Notes: generated from the sequence alone by a model not told the origin. A stretch of 64,000 nt of DNA from Eledone cirrhosa (GCA_964016885.1 OZ024740.1:179428001-179492000), one strand, 5' to 3'. Numbered from the stretch's first letter, positions 1 through 13,923 are shown. Made by a program: numbers and translations.

Positions 1-480
1 ATAACATTTCAATAACATCTATATTTCAGCTAACACATTTTGACATATTATAAAGGATAACAAAATATATTTTTTTAATTTCTTACATGGAAATTCTCAA
101 GCACCTAGATTTCAGTACAAATTGATAGAAATATTTTTTAGGTTGTTAGTATAATATTTTTCAATATTTAGATAGAATTATTCTCCAAAGTATGACTGAA
201 AATCAGATATCGAGAATATTTTGTTGCTCTTCAGATAGTCAAAGAAAATGCAATTTTACAAAAAACTTATGGTTCTCGTAACCATTGTGCATTAGAGCCA
301 CACACACACACACATACACACACGCACACACACACACACACACACAACACACACATATATGTATTTATATATATAAATATATATGATGAATTTGTTGCAA
401 TGGTTTTGATATGAAATCGTGTGTTGAAACAAGCAATGTTATATTTGGGGAGGGTCATATTATTGTAATATTGCGAGAAA

Positions 481-943
481 TATATATATATAAAAGCAAG
501 TCGGTCTCTGTGTGTGTCTGTCTGTGTGTCTGTCTGTGTACAACTACTAGGCTCCTTTTAACTTTTGAAGTACTAGGCCGATTTGCTTCAAGGAATGATA
601 TTTCTATGTCCAGTAGGTGGTCTACGTGGTAGTGGCAGCGCCATCTTACGCATAGGGTTTAGTCTACTGAAGGACATGCGGTGCGTCTATTCCATCTTTA
701 TCCCCTTACTCATACCTACTACAGCAAGGCCGGATCTGAAATCAGTCATGCCAATTAACTGAAGCTACCCCATGAATTGTTTTTATGTTGCCGTTTATTT
801 CACTCAATCATGTCACTGTACACCCATTTTGTTAACATTTTTTTTACAATTACATTTCAATTCTTTGCTCAACCTTTGGCTCTCTTTATACGGACAAACA
901 GGCTGTCATTCATTTCCCGAGCAACGCCGGGTACATCTGCTAG
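481..943 (+). mobile_element. Non-autonomous Helitron-like element
   Basis: Starts TATATAAAAGC followed by a (GTCT/GT)n tract; ends with a short GC hairpin (CCCG..CGGG, 916-931) then CTAG|T at 940-944, the standard Helitron 3' signature. Confidence 0.55.
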
Positions 944-1103
944 TATATAATAAAACCCACTCACTGTTTGGGGTGGTTTCGCTTCCTTATATTTCATATC
1001 CCTATAGTCAATTTAGCTGCCAATCAATGTTTATCATTGATTGACCAACAGTCAAAATATAAAATATAAGGAAGCGAAACCAGCCCAAACAGTGAGTGTG
1101 TTT

Positions 1104-1112
<9 letters not shown>
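944..1112. repeat. Imperfect inverted repeat (~55-bp arms, ~58-bp spacer) abutting (TA)n
   Basis: 944-998 is the near reverse complement of 1057-1112. Confidence 0.85.
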
Positions 1113-1157
<45 letters not shown>

Positions 1158-1250
1158 AGAGTTCTTTCATAACACACCTGTGACATCATCAGTGATACTG
1201 TTATGTTTCCTACCGTTGTATTGTAATGGTTTCTGATTATATTATTTATT

Positions 1251-1437
1251 TGGATTGGCAGTATCGGTAGAGAGTCGGACGCCATTATTTGCAGCAAAGA
1301 GTTACGGTTCTTTATGGATCTGAGTTCAAATCCCGCCGAGGTTAACTTTGCTTTCATCCTTACAGGGTCGATAATATAAAGTACCAGTAATACACTGGGA
1401 TAATTGCTGCCCTTGTGCCAAAAGTAGAAACAATTAT
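1251..1437 (+). mobile_element. tRNA-derived SINE, family A
   Basis: Pol III A box TGGCAGTATCGG and B box GAGTTCAAATCC; about 10 related copies in the window sharing the tail CCTTGTGCCAAAAGTAGAAACAATT. Confidence 0.9.
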
Positions 1438-1812
1438 TTATTTATTTATTGTATTCTCTGTTTGCGCAGGCGTTTGTGCGCGTGTTTTCACCAAACAGAT
1501 GTAGTAGTAGTAGTAGTAGTAGTAGTAGTTGTTGTAATAGTAGTAGCAGCATCAACTGTCGTAGCAGTACGAGCCATGCGTTACAATCTCTCTTGGAAAT
1601 TTTGTGTTGGAATGTCTCATTGCTTCCTCTTGCTGAACTGGCTGTGGTCACTGCAGTCATGAGGGAAATTTATTGGTGGATTGAATGCAATAAAACCTAA
1701 AAGAAAAGATATAATAAAAAATACACCAAGAATAATAGTATAATCCATAAATAGTGCACTGGGTGAAGAATGAGGTATTTCAGAAGTAAATGAAAGGGTT
1801 CATACTATATAT

Positions 1813-1951
1813 AAGGGTGAAAGCAGCGATTCTTTTTTTAAACTTTAATCTGTTATTTTAATAAATGTTTGCGTTGTGGTTTTTATATATTTGATATATA
1901 TCCTTATCGAAGCCTCTTTGGATTTTAGTCTTCACATTTATTATTATTACT
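1813..1951 (+). mobile_element. Truncated 3' tip of the PLE pLTR family found at 34880-35535
   Basis: Near reverse complement of 34880-35022; includes the 3' half of that family's hammerhead; ends in (TA)n. Confidence 0.8.
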
Positions 1952-1960
1952 ATATATATA

Positions 1961-3770
1961 TTGGGAGAGTCATGTTGCAATAAACAACATACGCACCAGG
2001 TGTTTCACTTCAATTTATTATAAATTTCATAAATTTTATGAATTTCTGGTTGGTTGGTTCTACAACCGGATGGTTGTTTATATATTGTCAAAATTCTTTT
2101 GTCACATGTGATGTTGGGATGTTGCTATTCCATTCATGTTTTCTATTTAATTTTGGTTGGAGTTCATTTATGTTTATTGCCTCTGCGATTTGTCTAAGCA
2201 TTGCGTCTTTTCTGTGTGTAGATTCTATTTTTATCTCTATATTCTCTAATTTGCTTTTATGTTCTATTTTAGAATGTTGGTGGAGTATTGATGAGTCTTT
2301 TCCATCTTGGAGTTCTCGCCAGTGTTCATTTAATCGTTCTCGTATGCTACGAGCTGTCGCACCTATGTATATTATATTCTTATTTGTATATTGTCCCTCA
2401 GTACATCTTATGCTATAGACTATGTTTCTAGTTTTACAGTTAATATGGGGGCTTAGCTTACAGGTTATGAATTTCCTATCTATACAGGGAGGTCTTTGAA
2501 AAGGGTATGTATTAGTGTTTTTATGGAGGTACCTGGTCTTCCCACTATCTTAATATTTAGTTTAAGTTTATCTTGGGCCCTTCTGAATTTGTAAGCTAGT
2601 TCACCTCTAGGGGTTGTATTGATACACTCTGGTATTTATTGCTATCATACCATGAGTTTATTTTATTATTCCTAGTTCTTTCTATTCTATTCCAAAATTT
2701 GTTCCTATACAAGGGGCAGGTTCCATTTGTATCATTATTTACCATTTTTTCCTGTTTGATTCTGGCTTCTCTATATACCCTGATTTTATCTCTCTGATTG
2801 TAGCCAGAGAACTGCATACGGTGGATGAAGTGTTGTATGTGTCTTTCTAATTCTTTGGGGTTGCACATGTGGGACACGTTTCTCATCACCATTACTAAAT
2901 CCGTAATCAGTATGTTGATTTTGGTGTGATCCGAAACAGCTGAGTTTCGGTGGACCAGGTATTTGAAAGTCATAGGTTTGGCATAATGGGAATGGAGGAT
3001 TTGTTTTTTTTTTATTAATAGTTTCTAACCAGAGCTCTGTGTCTAGTACAGGTAAACGATGGCTGGGTGTTTGCTTGGGTAGTCTATAGTAACTTTGATG
3101 CTCTGGTGGATGGAGTTAGCTGTTTACTGGATAATTTCCATTATGCTTTTCTCTAATTCCTGACTGTTCTCAATTGTGTTTTTTTTACTACGATGTTTAT
3201 ATCATCAACGTGGCAGGAGTACATAATCAGGGTTAAGAGGTTGTTGTCTTCTAATTGTTTCTTTAAGTTTATTGTCCCACCATACCATGAATAGGTTAGC
3301 TATGTCACCTGCAATGCTAACACACACATAGAACAAACAACTAACTAGTAACATGTAAATAAACAAATAAATAAAATAATAAAAACACACACAGACACCC
3401 GGATGTAACACATGCATTAACTAAGCACACAACACACACAAAAACAAGATGGCGTAGGACAGAACAAAGGAGAGGCACAAAACAAAGAAAAGAATCGCCA
3501 TTCACTGAAGAGGTCACATAATGTGTGAGGAAAGAACTTTGACAATATATGAACAACCATCCGGTTGTGGAACCAACCAACCAACCGGAAATTTATAAAA
3601 TTTATGAAATTTATAAAATTTATGAAATTTATATTTATAAAATTTATAATAAATTGAAGTGAAAGCAACTGGTGCGTGTGTTTCTTATTGGCAACATGAC
3701 CCTCCCAAAGTATAACAATATTGGTTTTAACACACATTTTCAGATAAAGAATCTTGCTAAACAAATTCAG
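1961..3770 (-). mobile_element. 5'-truncated, degraded Penelope-like element with inverted pseudo-LTR
   Basis: Minus-strand translations give RT motifs (VSIAGDIANLFM, HVDDINIV), a thumb region (ORF 2596-2973) and GIY-YIG (NIVYSIRC..IYIGATARSIRERLNEH). 1961-2105 is inverted relative to ~3525-3710. Flanked by (TA)n. Confidence 0.85.
3501..3543 (+). ncRNA. Minimal type I hammerhead ribozyme motif (slightly degenerate) in pLTR
   Basis: UUCA CUGAAGA G GUCACA UAAUG UGUGAG GAAA GAAC UU UGAC; the sister copy at ~15844-15886 (-) has full stems I and II but core CUAAAGA. Confidence 0.7.
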
Positions 3771-3775
3771 AAACG

Positions 3776-3849
<74 letters not shown>

Positions 3850-4244
3850 TAAGAGGGGGAGCTTTGTCTGTATGTGTATTTATGAATTCATAAAATACAT
3901 TTCTTTGTCTTGGAGGAATAAATTTCAATAAATATTGAAACCGAGTGTATTTAATTTTATTTTCCTTTAGCATCTTCAGCTGCCTATATTTTAATTCAAT
4001 ATATTAAAATGTATTCTTTGAACTACTTTCGATTACATTAATCAATTATTACTACTTTATCTCTTGATAAGTATCACCCAATATTTATATTTAAAACTGT
4101 TGAAATCTGATATAGGCCGTAGGCTTGAATTTTTAAGTGAACGTAGAATTGATTTGAATTCCTCTTATTTATTTCATTGACCTCACCCGGGTAAGATGCT
4201 AAGCTAACCCAAGAAAGTTTAATAATTTGTCTCGAGTCCTGAGG

Positions 4245-4500
4245 CTCGTCAAGCCGGTGCTTATGCCGGTTTTCGTAGCATTAAGCGTACAAGTGTTCAA
4301 GTGTATAAGACTCTCCCATGGACAGGACGCCAGTCAATCGAACGGTTAAGACTCGTCTATTGCTGCTGCTCATTTTCAACTAAATATACTGAGGTAACGT
4401 GAAATTAAGTGTTTTACTCAGGAACACAAATCACAACACACTCCCCGAATCGAACCCACGATATTACAACAAGGTCATGTGCCTTCACTAACCACCATAA
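4245..4500 (-). mobile_element. tRNA-derived SINE, family B
   Basis: B box GGTTCGATTC near the right end on the minus strand; similar to 28925-29166 (shared GGACGCCAGTC and AACGTGAAAT blocks). Confidence 0.7.
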
Positions 4501-6112
4501 TATTTATACTTAGAAACTAAAATGGATTTTCTGGTAGAGTCAAAATAGATCACAGAAAATCACACTGTCCTAACTCAGAAATCGTGATTCATAATCCTTT
4601 TTTTATCATGAAAAAGAAAGCTTTTTCTCTCAGATCTCTCTCTACTAATGGGACATTCGATCAGTTCTGATAATTTTATGTTTATGTTGTATGTTGAAAG
4701 CAACTGAATTTAGAAAACCCCATTCTCTCAGGGTAGTAAATGTTAGCTCGGAAATGTAGTTACAATGGGGAACAGATAATAAGTAAATTAGTGTGATATT
4801 TATTTAGCTATACCTTAATATAAGCTAGAATGTACAATGTTTTCATTTATATAATTGTATATACAAATATATTATTTAACTAATTAGAATTTGTAATGAA
4901 AATATTACTTTTATGATGATTCAATACATAAAAATACCCTGCAAGAAAATGAAATATTTAGCAGTTCCTCTGTTTAAAAATAGGATACTGAAATTTAACT
5001 CAGAAACATATTTGATAAAATGGCATGAACAACAAATGAATTATTCTGCCACACTAAAAGAGATGAATATTTCAATATATAAATTCAGAGTTGAAAGTTT
5101 GAAGTACTTTGAATGCAATTGTCTCCATATGTGATAAGTTGTCGGCAATTACAATAATAGGACATGCGATAGATGTAATGTATAAAACAAATAGAAAATA
5201 CATCCATGCAACCTTACCCCACTCACAAATACGAACCTCTCCCCCCCCCATATCTCTCCATCTCCTCTCTCCACACATATATATACTCATACACACAAAA
5301 ATAATCTATATATTATATTAATATTAATGATCTAATTATTGTTAATGCCCATGATGTATTCGAAAAATAATTGCTAATGAGTGGATGGTAAAAAAATGAT
5401 GGCTAATCAAAGCAGAATAACTGTGAATGGCCTATTAAATGTATTCTCAGAAGTGAATATAATGAACAGAATATATTCACATTTGTATTATTTTAATAAA
5501 AGTGATGATTTGACAATCAAACGAAACTAAATCGGAAATCAACATTCTCTAGGCATATTAATATTTTCTTCGTAATATTGATTCTTCTCTATTTGGTGAC
5601 CTATAAAATGATGAAGAATGTTAAGTTTATTTAATTTTGCCTGTGTAAGATTCCCTTTGGAATACAACTGTGTTAATGCACCTCTGCCATATTTCCAGGA
5701 TTAGACATCGGTAAAGTAATTATCAGTACGGGTTTTGAATTATTCGCCTCTACCCTTCTCTCCCATACGGCCCTGGCGCACGGTTAAAATGCTGTATTCA
5801 CTTCTGATATAGGCAAGCTATTAATTTGTATATGAATCGTTTTATTGAGAGTCGAAACAAAATTCAGTATTTTGTTATTTTTACAGCTAGTTTTGGAGTG
5901 TACAGATACCTATACAAGAACGTAATCTATATCGGGCTAGCCAAAATGAATATAAGAAAATTAAATATGCGCAAAGAAACTTGTGACGGTAGTAGTAAAT
6001 TTGATATTATACGGCAAATTAATATGGACATTTCAGAATTGTCTCTTGTGACTTTGTGAAAGGGCGTTCGGTTTGAGAGCATCCATTGGTTCATTATGAC
6101 ATATATGGTGGT

Positions 6113-6275
6113 GGATTGGCAGTATCGGTAGAGAGTCAGACGCCATGCTTTGCAGCACTGAGTTCAAATCCCGCCGAGGTTAACTTTGCCTTTCATCCTT
6201 ACGGGGTCAATAAAATAAAGTACCATTAATGTACTGGGTAATTGCTGGCCTTGTGCCAAAAGTAGAAATAATTAT
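6113..6275 (+). mobile_element. SINE family A
   Basis: Near-identical to 1251-1437, with A and B boxes. Confidence 0.9.
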
Positions 6276-6382
<107 letters not shown>

Positions 6383-6537
6383 GATATGTCTCATGAAATA
6401 ATACAGCCAATTTTCCACACAATACATTTAGTTAGCACCCCGAACGTTTAATTGGGAATATACTCACTTATTTCCTAATGTTTGTTGAGTGAGTTGGAAT
6501 TTGGCCGGAGTATCGCTAAAAGCTTTCTACGATAATG

Positions 6538-6570
<33 letters not shown>

Positions 6571-6574
<4 letters not shown>

Positions 6575-6892
6575 GTTTGTATATGTATACTAAAGCCAAA
6601 ACAATGCAGGGATAGACATAGAATAAAGAATGCAAATGCAAAAGATATTGTTGACAATTAGTCTTTTACCTTAGATTTATTTAAATGTCCTTAATTTTCT
6701 AGATAATATCTCTTCTTCGGAGGGAAATAAAGCGGTTAAACCAGTGTTCTAAATAGCTTGCCAAATCATGCTGACAGGAAATTTTGCATTTCTTTATTCT
6801 ATGTCGATACCTGCATTGTTCTGGCTTTATTATACATATACAAACGTTTATACCTCATTACATAATGCTTCAAGTGAACTATAACCTCCTCC
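6571..6892 (+). mobile_element. ORF-less fold-back remnant of the PLE family at 22777-26776
   Basis: 6571-6781 matches the inverted pLTR 22777-22982; 6783-6892 matches the sense pLTR end plus the ATGCTTCAAGTGAACTATAAC tail; flanked by (TA)n on both sides. Confidence 0.9.
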
Positions 6893-7299
6893 CATATATA
6901 TATATATATATTTAAGGGTATATATATATATTTATATATATAATTTTAAGGATCTGTTTTACTTTTTTTTATCCTTTCTTTGATTCGTCAAAGTGACATT
7001 ATTGAAAAAATCAGATGGACGATTCTGTTAAAGACAAGTTTTAAAATGTATATAAAGTATAGAAAGTACTACCGGTTTAGATGTATTATTGAATTCATCT
7101 TATCAAATGTTGAGTATTGAAATACAAAAATTAAAAAGAATTAATAGCTGCTGCTATCTTCACTACCACCGCTCTATTAACAAGAACTCATTCTCCAGCC
7201 ACATTTTGAGCAAGAAAGATGAGAAAAACCTTACTCCATCATTTGATTTTAAATCTTTAATTTTTAGTTTTTAACTCCTATTAATTCTTTTTAATAGGA

Positions 7300-7600
7300 G
7301 TGAAAAACTAGACTGAAACTGGTGAAAATCTGAAGTAGCAAGTTTGGAAAAATATGGAGGGTGAGGCAAAACTTCCCAGTCTAGCCCTAGTAAATTCTGC
7401 CACAAGAGAGTGTGTGAACTGGCATTGTCTTGATGAAACACAATATCTTTTCGGAGTGTCGCTATGAACTACTTTCAAGCATCAAATATCTAACGATTGC
7501 ATACTCTGAAGGAAAAAAAAGTAAAGTTAGCAAGCATGAGAGCACCTGAAGTATAGTATGTGCAAAAACCGACGGACGTTTTGACCAACCCCAAATAAGT
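7300..7600 (-). mobile_element. Mariner/Tc1 transposon remnant
   Basis: Minus strand encodes VFHQDNASSH (mariner HDNA-type second catalytic Asp motif) at ~7411-7440; TIR-like GGTTGGTCAAAA near 7580-7591. Confidence 0.55.
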
Positions 7601-7607
7601 GTAATAT

Positions 7608-7620
7608 TAGTAGTAGTAGT

Positions 7621-7710
<90 letters not shown>
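7608..7710. repeat. Compound (TAG)n-(CAG)n-(TAG)n microsatellite
   Basis: Direct reading. Confidence 0.95.
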
Positions 7711-8153
7711 CATAAATGTAAACATTTTATTGCAACGATAATGTATGTATAAATGTATCAAAATATGATATTCAACTAGATTGTTTCAGTTTCAAAACCG
7801 ATATTAAATAAAATACTTTGGCATTATGGTAAACCAGACAATAAAGGTGTTAATGTATTCGATTATTTGCTTACATATTCATGGGCGAATATATTGCCGT
7901 CGAAAAACTCTCTTCTATTATTGGTGTCTCTGATGTCAATAAATACTTGTGAGAGTCAGTACCAGACACATTGATACTTTCTAAACAAACACCACTATTA
8001 TAGTATTTCTCTCTTTAGTGATTTATTACTATCAACACATGGACACATATATAGATACACATGCAAAAACTTATATGTGGTTTCGAACAAACATACACAC
8101 ACACACATTTGCACGCGCACGCGCACATGCACACACAAACAGACACACACACA

Positions 8154-8248
<95 letters not shown>

Positions 8249-8297
8249 GACAACTAAAAAATAGTTTTTGCTCTACATGACTGAATAAAATAAATGC

Positions 8298-8508
8298 AAT
8301 CTGAGTTTTTCGAATATTAATAATAATATTCGAAAGAGTCGTTTGCAATTATGCAAACAGCCTCTTTTAATCCATGTTAGTAGAATGAGCCCTTCATTCT
8401 TGCTCTTTTGTTGGCATGTAAACAGAATTCTACTGACATGGCTTAAAAAAGGCTGTTTGCATAATTGCAAACGAATCGAATATTATTATTAATATTCGTA
8501 AAACTCAG

Positions 8509-8511
<3 letters not shown>
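8298..8511. repeat. Inverted repeat (~88-bp arms, ~40-bp spacer) between (TA)n tracts
   Basis: 8298-8387 is the near reverse complement of 8427-8511; each arm itself contains two hairpins. Confidence 0.85.
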
Positions 8512-8553
<42 letters not shown>

Positions 8554-11511
8554 TCAGTCTTATGTAAACGCCTGTATTGGTGAATTCGTTAAATTGTTAA
8601 TGTAATATTGATAACGTGGTATTGTTATTCAAGATAATGCCAAATTTATTTTAACGTTGTCCCATTAGGCGATAAATGTGATTATGAAACGGATTTAGAT
8701 ACGCATGTTTATTTACATTCCTTCGTCTATGATGAAGTAGAACATGCCGGCAGTTGAAATTGTTTCAAATAATGGAAATATGGGATTTAAATGGATTTTG
8801 TCAATAGTAACTATGATAGTACATATTTTCGGGTTTATCCAGTTTATTTCCTGTCGCAAATATATTTCGAGGGCAATTTACATGGAACGAAATACGATAA
8901 AGGCATGGTATTAATTATGCAGTATTATTGAGCAAAATGTTTATGCTTTTAAGAAAAAAGATAAGCTTTGTTTCATTTGCAACTCTATCAATGGAAGGGT
9001 AATTAGGGTGTGGGACAAAAAAACTTATGTTACTGGTTTGTGTTGACTGCATTCTCTGTTCAATTCTTGCCGAGAACAAATTTCATTTTGACCCTTTTCA
9101 GATTGACAAAATAAAATGTCAGCCTAAGGCAGTTTTTGGAGCAATTTTTGAAGGGCAAGAGGAGATGACTTCATGTATTTTTCAGTTTAAATTGTTCTTT
9201 GTTTAGTAGACATTACACCAGTATACCAACTATGAGAGTTACAACTAGTTTTAAATTAAATAAATCATTATATATACACACTCACGATTCTGTAGAGAAA
9301 CAATAGTAACTATAATATTAGAAATGAAACACGTAACATAATGTTAAGTAGGTCGAACATTAGAAAGGCAATTAGGTTTTCAGTCTATAATTACCATTGT
9401 AGGAGAGGGGGAATTGATATTCCGAATAACAAAAAACAAACAATTGTTACGACCTTGCATGATGATGGATATCATCATACGAGTATTAATGTAGTAGTTA
9501 TATAGAATAAAATTTTGAAAAGACGAGATAAAATTCATGTAATGAATAAATTTAGGTATGTAATGTACATAGGATAATTAGACGGATATATCGATATAAA
9601 TGCATAGACATATATAGAAAGGGACATGTATATAATCAGTAGATTTAATGAAATTAAATAAAACTAATAGCTTATATATATATATATATGCACAAAATTG
9701 ATGTTCACATATATATATATATGCACAAAATTGATGTTTACATTCAATATTCAAAATGCTATTAAGGATATATTATCACTTAATATCTCATATCAAAATA
9801 AAATACACCCAATAATTAGTTCACACAATGTATTTTGGATGATAAATTGAAAATTATTAACATTTTTCATGTAGTTAGCATCAAAAACCTAATTAGAAAT
9901 ATATATGAGTTTACCAAAATCCCCATTACCATTATTAACATCGTATGTTTAAATTAACATCGTTGTTGAAAGTATGGTTAACCTATCCTGTTATGTTTCG
10001 TTATTATTAAGCTCCATCAGAACAGTACATCTTCAATGACAAAGCGGAGATCATTAACGAATGTCACCACATTACATTAGAGTAGACGTGTAAATTAGCA
10101 AATATCAAATATACAAACTTTTGTTGTCAATTATTCATAGACGCATGTAAACAATCGGTAAGTTTGGGTTAAGCTTTTCAACGTGTTTAGAAAAAAGTCT
10201 AATCATAAATATTAATAGTGAAGGAATATCTCGCTAAATATAATATCAAATTCTAGCGGAGATTCTGTATGAAATTGCAATGGTTGACAACCAGGAAGTG
10301 ATATGGTTAATATCAATTTTCTATGTTTCTTAATATAAGGATTATGTAGGGTAAACACTCAGCATGGTACCCAAATGAGGAAATCGTTGTTAACATACAC
10401 GGTTCGCTATATTAAATAAGTTAATTGTACTTGGCGTTTGACATTAATTCCATCTCGAGTAGGTCAAGCGAACTTCTAGAATTTTCTTCATTGATTCAAA
10501 CTCACTAGGCCTAATAAAATCGAGATGAATTATTCTGATTAGAAACGGCAAATAATAACCTTTATTCTTTATTATTATTTATTTTCTAATCTGTATATAA
10601 AGTAACCAGAAGTTATTATGATATTAACCGGTTTTATTTCGACCAGTTATCTTTGCTCCACCTAACACACCCATTCCTCTTGAAGAAGTGTATATTCAAT
10701 CAATAACTAACTCACCTTGGATTATTTAGATTAGTTCTAAATATTGTGAGCCAGAGTGAAATGGATTGTATAATAGAATCCTGAAAATATACTTGCGTGA
10801 TATACTCTCTTGGCCTGTAGATAGATGATTTAATGACCTCAGTGGGAAGAATTCCATGTGCAAATTTTAGACATGATAGCATTTATATATAGGTCAAAGT
10901 TAAAATGCATTGGAGAATTGTGTTTGAGAGTTGCATGTAGAGAATGTTGCCAATAATGTAAAGAATATTATAATTATGTACATAGTAATATAGTTGGATG
11001 CGATGTGTCCCTTGGAAGTATCCTTATTAAAGTTCAACTCTGCACAACTGAAATCCACGAATGAATAATTTACTGGAGATATGATATACGAGACGTTTAG
11101 TATATGAAGATTGAATTCTATAATCACTATGTCTATTGTTTCTTTATATCATATGTATCAAATATATATATACACATATATTCTATACAAATACTTTGTA
11201 TGTTTGGAAGTACATTTATTGAGATTAGAACACTTTGCTTATTGAATAATATTCTGTTAGTTACTCTTTTTTTTCTAGAAGATCGACAAGATCTCAGACC
11301 TCTTTCTCTTACCGAGTGAGGTGGAACTCATTAGATCGAAGCAAAGAGACAATGTTTTCATTGGTCCTTCCAACTACAGCTACAATCTACTGGTCGCAAA
11401 TTTTGGTTCCTTTATTTAATTATATTCTCCCACCTTTCAATATCCGGTGTTATATATTGTCTTCGTCATGAGCGGTTCTCACAGATTCTTACGAGTAACG
11501 TTGGTGTTTAA

Positions 11512-11593
<82 letters not shown>

Positions 11594-11779
11594 AAAATTA
11601 AGATAAATTAAATGAATTTAATCCAAATCGAAATTGTGGGTGTCATACCTTAACGGTATGCGCCATATCGCCCGGAAAATAAGCTCAAAGATTATGTAGG
11701 TCTGAGCATTTTATAGAAATTATCTCCTGTGATTATTCATGTTTATATTTATTTCTATATATGTTAATCAATTTCTAGT

Positions 11780-11857
<78 letters not shown>

Positions 11858-11876
11858 TTGTGTGTGTGTGTATATA

Positions 11877-12015
11877 GTGTTAGAAGGTAATCTGGACACA
11901 AACAAGAGAAGAAAAGCTTCCCTTCGTCAGATGTTTACTACGGATCTTGGATGTTTCGGCGCACAAAACAGAACATCGATGTGTAGCGCGCCCATGACCT
12001 TTTATCTATCAAAAG
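11877..12015 (-). repeat. Short dispersed repeat, probable PLE pLTR tip; second copy at 27545-27624 (+)
   Basis: Shared GCGCCGAAACATCC..GTAGTAAACA(T/G)CTGACGAA..CTCTTGTTTGTGT..TTCTAACACT; both copies abut TA/TG microsatellites. Confidence 0.65.
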
Positions 12016-12016
12016 G

Positions 12017-12077
<61 letters not shown>

Positions 12078-12197
12078 GGTGTTGGATGCTTAAAGCATCC
12101 ATATGCGGCAGGCCATATGAGCACTCGATGCCCTCGTAGAGCAGAGTATGATATCACAGAAAAAAGAGAATCAGGAAAATCTGCTTCGTAGAATCGA

Positions 12198-12292
12198 GAC
12201 GTATCCGAGGACCGCGCGATTTCAGAGTCAGGTTTCATAACCACATCGATCGTGCCTCGAACTGGTCGCCCGAGAAACAATTGTTATATATC
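12198..12292 (+). ncRNA. Type I hammerhead-like motif with CCGAGGA core and long stem II
   Basis: GACGUAU CCGAGGA [GCGAUU...GGUCGC] GAAAC AAUU GUU AUAUAUC; palindromic stem III AACAAUUGUU; enclosed by a perfect 24-bp inverted repeat (12151-12174 / 12317-12340). Confidence 0.55.
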
Positions 12293-12654
12293 CAATACAT
12301 TCCTTTCGTCGCAACACTGATTCTCTTTTTTCTGTGATATATATATATATATATAAATATTTATACAGATATTCTACAGCTATTGCAACATCCTTGGTTA
12401 GAGACGCATGCCGGATTATAAGTTTGGCCGGATTAGAACAGTACTCAATAGAAGCATGTTATAAAGTCGTAAATATTTTTTCTACATCTCAAATATATTC
12501 ACATACAGGTGCAGCTAGTTAAACTGAATATAACGCTAAGTTCTAATATTTTATCGGGAATTGGGTAGTCAGCCGTGCCGAATGAAAGTGACGTATCTCC
12601 CCACAATGCTGGGATTAGAAGAGAAGCCAGTTCTTTACGTATACGAGAATTAAT

Positions 12655-12846
12655 AATGATTTCTATTATAGATGCAAGGCTAGTAATTGGGGGGGGGGGG
12701 GGAGTCGATTAAATCGACTCCAGCACGTTACTGGTCCTTTATTTTATCGACCCCATAAGGATGACGTGATTTGAACTCAGACCGTAAAGGACCGGAACAC
12801 TATGCTGCAAAGCATGGTGTCCGATTCTAACGATACTGCCAATCCA
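12655..12846 (-). mobile_element. SINE family A
   Basis: Reverse complement similarity to 1251-1437. Confidence 0.85.
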
Positions 12847-12869
12847 AGAGAATTAATGATATATATATT

Positions 12870-12922
<53 letters not shown>

Positions 12923-13923
12923 TGCTTGTATATATGAGTGTGCGTGGGTGTCAGTGTGAGCATTCCTGATTGTCTATATAATACGTTATCATGGATTTAC
13001 ACATCTTTTGGTGTGTACAATATACATAGGTTAATTTGATCGAGAATACAGAACATTATTCTATTCTATAAGGCGTATTATTTGACAGAATAATCAGTAA
13101 ACTAAATGATTCGAAACGTTTATTCGATATTACCAATATCGATATGTAACAAGTGAAATGAGACACAATTTAATAAAAATCAAAATAAAGACCTCACCGA
13201 TCCAGTTGTATGTTATTATAAACTGATACTACCTGACATAGCCACAGGGAAACGAAAGAAATATTAATACAGATAGACAAAGAATATATGAAAACGAAAC
13301 ATAAAACAAAAACTGTCCTATATAAATACAGTTGATGAATTATTATTTCTCATTTCTTGTCTAGTTTGTATAAGTTGGTTCATCAGATTTTCCTAATGGG
13401 TTTTATTGCTTTAAATTGAGGCAGAAGAAAGATAATATATTTCATCGTATGCACAAGCAGATGCGAGACACTAACTCTTTCGTTCTATCTCTCTTGATAT
13501 ACCGCTCTCTATTTTTTGTCTCAACTCTCAACGTTTCAGTACCCCCCCCCCCTCAATAAATATAAAACCCCCTCTCTCTCTTCTTCTTCTCTCTCTCTCT
13601 CACTATCTCTCTCTATCTCTCTCTCTCTATCTCTCTCTCTCTCGCTCTCTGTGTTTCTCTGCCTTTGTTCTATGTTTCATTTAAGTAAACCAGAGAGACG
13701 AACTCCAGAGAGTCGAGCAGAATTTTATTAATGTCGAAAAAACCTTGTCTCTCATATATCGGAGTTCGTATAGAAAGGAATAAATTGACGAAAGAAATTT
13801 ATCATTAGCAAAACAAAGAATAAAAGTCTACTATTTAACAGAATGGCAATGGTAACTATAGAAATATGAATTCAGTGAAGGAGAACAGAAACCACGAGAA
13901 CAAGAAATAAACAACGAAGGGGT

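Noticed and set aside
1251-1437. tRNA gene (A and B boxes)
   Set aside because: No cloverleaf; multi-copy with a long conserved 3' body, so a SINE
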